DNA of 64,000 nt, from NCBI GenBank assembly GCA_003281005.1, contig QCDE01000005.1, forward strand, positions 5,829 to 69,828. Direction: 5' to 3'. Positions within the stretch are counted from its first letter, which is position 1, and each line of letters begins with the position of its first letter. The position numbers and the translations under genes are program-made. Below the pieces are notes generated by a model. It was not told where the DNA came from. It did no database searches and worked only from the letters and a program-made list of their open reading frames with translations. Source of the DNA: Pelagibacteraceae bacterium AG-349-O05. Its GTDB lineage: Bacteria; Pseudomonadota; Alphaproteobacteria; Pelagibacterales; Pelagibacteraceae. Below, in pieces: positions 60,324-64,000 of the stretch.

Positions 60324-61099
60324 TGCTCATTTCATCTTGGAATGTGAACTCGGTTAGAGCAAGAATTGAAAATATCAAAAGCTATTTATTAAAATATAAA
60401 CCTGATATTTTAATGATGCAGGAAATCAAAACTGAAGATGTAAATTTTCCATATGATGATTTTTCATCAATGGACTATGAAAGTCATGTATTTGGTCAAA
60501 AAAGTTATAATGGTGTAGCAATCATTTCAAAAAATAAATTAAAAAACGTCAAAACAGATTTAATTAAGGATAAGTTAAAACAATCAAGAATAATTTCAGC
60601 TGAATTTGAACATAAGAAAAAAAATATACAATTAATAAATATTTATACCCCTAATGGTAATCCTGTGGATACTGAAAAATATGATTATAAAAAAGATTGG
60701 CTTGATCAATTAATAAAACAATTAAAAACTTTATCTAAAAAAAATTCAAACATTATTCTAGCTGGTGATTTCAATATAATCCCATCAGCAGAAGATGTTT
60801 ATAATGTTAAAAGTTTTGAAGATGACGCATTATACCGACTAGAAATAAGAAAAAAATTTAGAGAAATGATAAATCTTGGTTTTAATGATGTCTACAGACA
60901 TTTTTATGAAGATAAAGAAGGGTATACATTTTGGGATTATATGAGAGGTGCATGGCAAAAAAATAATGGTATGAGGATTGATCATTTTTTAGTTTCAAAT
61001 TCTATAATTGATCAAATTAAAGATATTAATATTAATAAAGATCCACGTGGAAGAGAAAGGCCCTCTGATCACACACCAATTGAGATTAATTTAGCTTAA
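60323..61099 (+). CDS. xth: Exodeoxyribonuclease III
   Basis: SWNVNS, QEIK, YNGVA, GDFN, RIDH, SDH; ATG at 60323 overlapping the erpA stop is the likely start. Confidence 0.95.
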   Translation: MLISSWNVNSVRARIENIKSYLLKYKPDILMMQEIKTEDVNFPYDDFSSMDYESHVFGQKSYNGVAIISKNKLKNVKTDLIKDKLKQSRIISAEFEHKKKNIQLINIYTPNGNPVDTEKYDYKKDWLDQLIKQLKTLSKKNSNIILAGDFNIIPSAEDVYNVKSFEDDALYRLEIRKKFREMINLGFNDVYRHFYEDKEGYTFWDYMRGAWQKNNGMRIDHFLVSNSIIDQIKDININKDPRGRERPSDHTPIEINLA

Positions 61100-62089
61100 A
61101 GATTTAATTTTATTTACTAATTCTTCGTTAATATTTTTTGGACCAGTGTCCATTCTATTCTTATGACGTCTTTCTCCAGGTAATCTTACTTCACCCATTG
61201 ATTTCATTTTTTCAAAAAATTCCTCAGCATGTTTTTGCCAATCAGTACCTGCTGTTTTATCTGGGTTAATGGCTAATATAAATTCACCACCACTTGGAGG
61301 ACCACCATCATTATTATCTTTAGCAGCAGTTTCAAAACTAAAATTATCTCCAACTAATGCACCTGCCATTAATTCTACCATCATTGCAATTGCAGATCCT
61401 TTGTAACCACCAAAAGGTAATAAAACTCCACCATCAGCAATTTCTCCTGGATCAGTTGTTTCTTTACCATCTTTAGTTAAACCAGTTCCAAGTGGAACTT
61501 TGTGCCCTTCTCTTTTGGCAACTTGAACTTCGCCCATTGCCATTGAAGCAGTTGCCATATCATAAACAACTGGTGTTTTACCTGGACGTGGCCAAGCAAA
61601 AGAAATTGGGTTTGTTCCAAATAATGGTTTTATGGCACCAGCAGGTGCAACTGCAGGCTTATAAGATGTACAAGCAAATGCTACCAAACCTTCTTCTGCT
61701 AACTTTTCTGTTTCAGGCCACATAGCAGCCATATGGTGAGAATTATTTATTGCTAATACCGCCACACCATTTTCTTTTGCAGCTTTTGCTAATTCTGGCA
61801 AACCTTTGTTTAATACAACAGGTGCTAAACAATTATTTCCTTCAACTTTAATTACTGATGGAGATATTTTTTTTACTTCAGGTTTCCCTTTTCCATTTAT
61901 CTTTCCACCTTTAAGACCTGTTACATATGCTGGCAGCCTAAATAAACCGTGTGATACGGAACCATCTCTTTCAGCGTTTCTGATTAAGTCTGATAAAATT
62001 GATGCTGTTTCATCATCACAACCATTTGCTAAAAGAGTTTTTTTGGCTAGTTCAAATATTTCGTCTAAAGTTAAAGATACAGTACTCAT
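61091..62089 (-). CDS. Ldh_2 family NAD(P)-dependent oxidoreductase (type 2 malate/lactate, ComC/DpkA-like)
   Basis: SHGL.R, GTNPI, DMA.A, GGYKGS, RLPG.R. Confidence 0.88.
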   Translation of the reverse strand: MSTVSLTLDEIFELAKKTLLANGCDDETASILSDLIRNAERDGSVSHGLFRLPAYVTGLKGGKINGKGKPEVKKISPSVIKVEGNNCLAPVVLNKGLPELAKAAKENGVAVLAINNSHHMAAMWPETEKLAEEGLVAFACTSYKPAVAPAGAIKPLFGTNPISFAWPRPGKTPVVYDMATASMAMGEVQVAKREGHKVPLGTGLTKDGKETTDPGEIADGGVLLPFGGYKGSAIAMMVELMAGALVGDNFSFETAAKDNNDGGPPSGGEFILAINPDKTAGTDWQKHAEEFFEKMKSMGEVRLPGERRHKNRMDTGPKNINEELVNKIKSLS

Positions 62090-62487
62090 TATTTTGATTT
62101 ACATTTTTTACATAAACCAAAAAATTCTAAATTATATTTGCTGTATTTCATTCCAGAGTGATCTGAAAAATTAGATAAATATTTTGAAAGTTTTGAATTA
62201 CTTATTTCAGATACATTTTCGCAGCTTTCACAAATTGAAAATGCTGTCGCTTTTGAAATTTGACAACTAGAATTTTGGCAAGCAATAAAGGCATTTCTAC
62301 TTTCTATCTTATGAATTTTTCCAATTTCAACTAACTTATCTAACGCTCTGTAAACTTGTAGAGGTGCTTTAATTCCTTTTTTTTGAACATTAAAAAGAAT
62401 TGAATAAGCTTTCATAGGTCCACCAGATTTATCAATAAGATCAAAAATGATTTTTTGATTTTTTGAAAGGCTATGTACTTTTTGCAT
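62089..62487 (-). CDS. zur: Fur-family regulator, probable Zur
   Basis: AYSIL, P.QVYRALDKL, IHKIES.NAF..C, CESC and CKKC; follows znuCB. Confidence 0.88.
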   Translation of the reverse strand: MQKVHSLSKNQKIIFDLIDKSGGPMKAYSILFNVQKKGIKAPLQVYRALDKLVEIGKIHKIESRNAFIACQNSSCQISKATAFSICESCENVSEISNSKLSKYLSNFSDHSGMKYSKYNLEFFGLCKKCKSK

Positions 62488-62511
62488 CTTTAAATTCTTA
62501 TCAATATGTTA

Positions 62512-63315
62512 TCAGTTTTTCAATTTAATCGATTGTTTAATGTTAAGTAAAGATAATATAAATAAAATCAAAGAAGCCATTATAATTGAAGGCCCAGATG
62601 ATGTATTAAATTCTAAGGACGAAAATAGTCCTAATAATACTGACAACAATCCTCCAATTATTGAAAATAACACCATCTTTTGAGGACTATTAGAGATATT
62701 TCTTGCCATAGCCGCAGGGATAATCAGCATACCTGTAATTAGTAATAACCCTACCATTTTAATTGATATTGCTATTACAGCGGCCATAAGAATTGTAAAA
62801 ATAGCTTTTGCTCTATCAGGGTTTAGCCCTTCTGCCTCTGCTAACTCATAATTAACTGTAGATGCAAACAAAGGTTTCCAAATTAATTTTAGAACTAACA
62901 AAATTACAGCACCACCAGTCCAGATAATTAATAAATCATCAGTCGTCACAGCTAATATATCACCAAATAATAGACCCATAATATCAAAACGAATAAAGGT
63001 TAAAAAACCAATCACTACTAGTCCGACTGCTAATGATGAGTGAGCTAATAGACCAAGCAATGCATCACCAGGTAAATTAGTTTTCTTCTGTAATTGAATT
63101 AAAATCAATGCAATTAGAGATGAAATAATAAATACTGAAAGAGCAATGTTTAATTCAAACGAGTAAGCCAAAGTTACACCAAGTAAAGCTGAGTGAGCTA
63201 ATGTATCGCCAAAGTAAGATAATCTTCTCCAAACAACAAAACAACCAAGAGGTCCAGTTACTAAAGCTATTCCTAAACCTGCAATTAGTGCTCTTATAAA
63301 AAAATCATCAAACAT
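62512..63315 (-). CDS. znuB: Zinc ABC transporter permease
   Basis: GCFVVWRR..YFGDTLAH, LLFGDIL, VG.LLI..MLIIPA. Confidence 0.92.
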   Translation of the reverse strand: MFDDFFIRALIAGLGIALVTGPLGCFVVWRRLSYFGDTLAHSALLGVTLAYSFELNIALSVFIISSLIALILIQLQKKTNLPGDALLGLLAHSSLAVGLVVIGFLTFIRFDIMGLLFGDILAVTTDDLLIIWTGGAVILLVLKLIWKPLFASTVNYELAEAEGLNPDRAKAIFTILMAAVIAISIKMVGLLLITGMLIIPAAMARNISNSPQKMVLFSIIGGLLSVLLGLFSSLEFNTSSGPSIIMASLILFILSLLNIKQSIKLKN

Positions 63316-63316
63316 A

Positions 63317-64000
63317 TTAGTTTTTCTTTATTTCACCTTTATCTGAATGAACGTGATCATGTTTATGTTCATATACAGAAAGAATTTGAGATGCTTGTTC
63401 ACCAAATAAGGTTTTATATTCATTGTTTTTAGCAACATCCATTGGTGATCCAGAGCAACATACGTGGCCATTTAAACAAACCACATGATCAGTTGCAGTC
63501 ATAACCGTATGCAAATCATGTGAGATTAGTAGAATTCCACAATTTAGTGTGTCAGAAATTCTTTTTATTAATTCATACAAAGCAATCTCACCAGTATAAT
63601 CAACTCCTTGGACAGGTTCATCAAGAACTAATAATTCTGGTTTTTTTGAAATAGCTCTTGCGATTAAAACTCTTTGAAATTCACCACCTGATAAATTTCC
63701 TAAATTTTTATTCTTAAGATGGATAACACCTGTTAGTGTAAGTGCTTCATCAATTGCCTCATCTTTAATATTTTCAGTTAGAAGCATAAAATCATAAACT
63801 CTTAACGGTAAAGTCCAATCAATAGATATTTTTTGAGGAACATATCCAACTTTATTTGTGTATTTCTCAACACTTCCTTCTATGTTTTTGTAAATTCCCA
63901 ATGCAATTTTTGCGGTAGTACTTTTTCCAGAGCCATTAGGTCCAATAAGGGTAACAATTTTCCCTTTTTCAACAGTTAATGAAACACCTTCCACTAGCCA
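63317..64000 (-). CDS. znuC: Zinc ABC transporter ATP-binding protein (5' end outside window)
   Basis: GPNGSGKST, LSGGEFQRV, LDEP, His-rich C-terminus; frame open to the window edge. Confidence 0.92.
   Translation of the reverse strand, partial: WLVEGVSLTVEKGKIVTLIGPNGSGKSTTAKIALGIYKNIEGSVEKYTNKVGYVPQKISIDWTLPLRVYDFMLLTENIKDEAIDEALTLTGVIHLKNKNLGNLSGGEFQRVLIARAISKKPELLVLDEPVQGVDYTGEIALYELIKRISDTLNCGILLISHDLHTVMTATDHVVCLNGHVCCSGSPMDVAKNNEYKTLFGEQASQILSVYEHKHDHVHSDKGEIKKN

Overview
Very AT-rich, tightly packed alphaproteobacterial chromosome segment. Gene order, tiny intergenic spacers and a SAM-II/SAM-V riboswitch tandem point to Pelagibacterales (SAR11); this is an inference. Most of the window is core genes (plsX-ihfA-merR-rpmG, metY, rplM-rpsI-argC-hom, glpX, nhaA, metG-holB-tmk, recG, tgt, gyrA, ssb/uvrA, secDF-yajC, serS, tatABC, scpAB, nagZ, argS, dgt, erpA, xth, zur-znuBC) plus four tRNAs (Glu, Pro, Ser, Lys). 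The most interesting part is 9.3-21 kb. Genes are mostly + before about 11.36 kb and mostly - after it, a convergent pattern typical of a replication terminus. At this switch sits a lone Cre-like (not XerC/D-like) tyrosine recombinase. An inverted repeat lies directly in front of its start codon, a 28-bp dif-like site lies about 600 bp upstream, and two KOPS-type octamers point towards them. Together these make a candidate single-recombinase chromosome-dimer resolution system. Next to it is an accessory glycan-tailoring cassette (carbamoyltransferase, radical SAM enzyme, methyltransferase, glycosyltransferases, NDP-sugar dehydrogenase). Other oddities: a TGT that has lost its zinc ligands, an 86-aa possible minimal FtsN, and tRNAs ending 3-6 nt before start codons. 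All calls come from reading motifs by eye; no searches were run.
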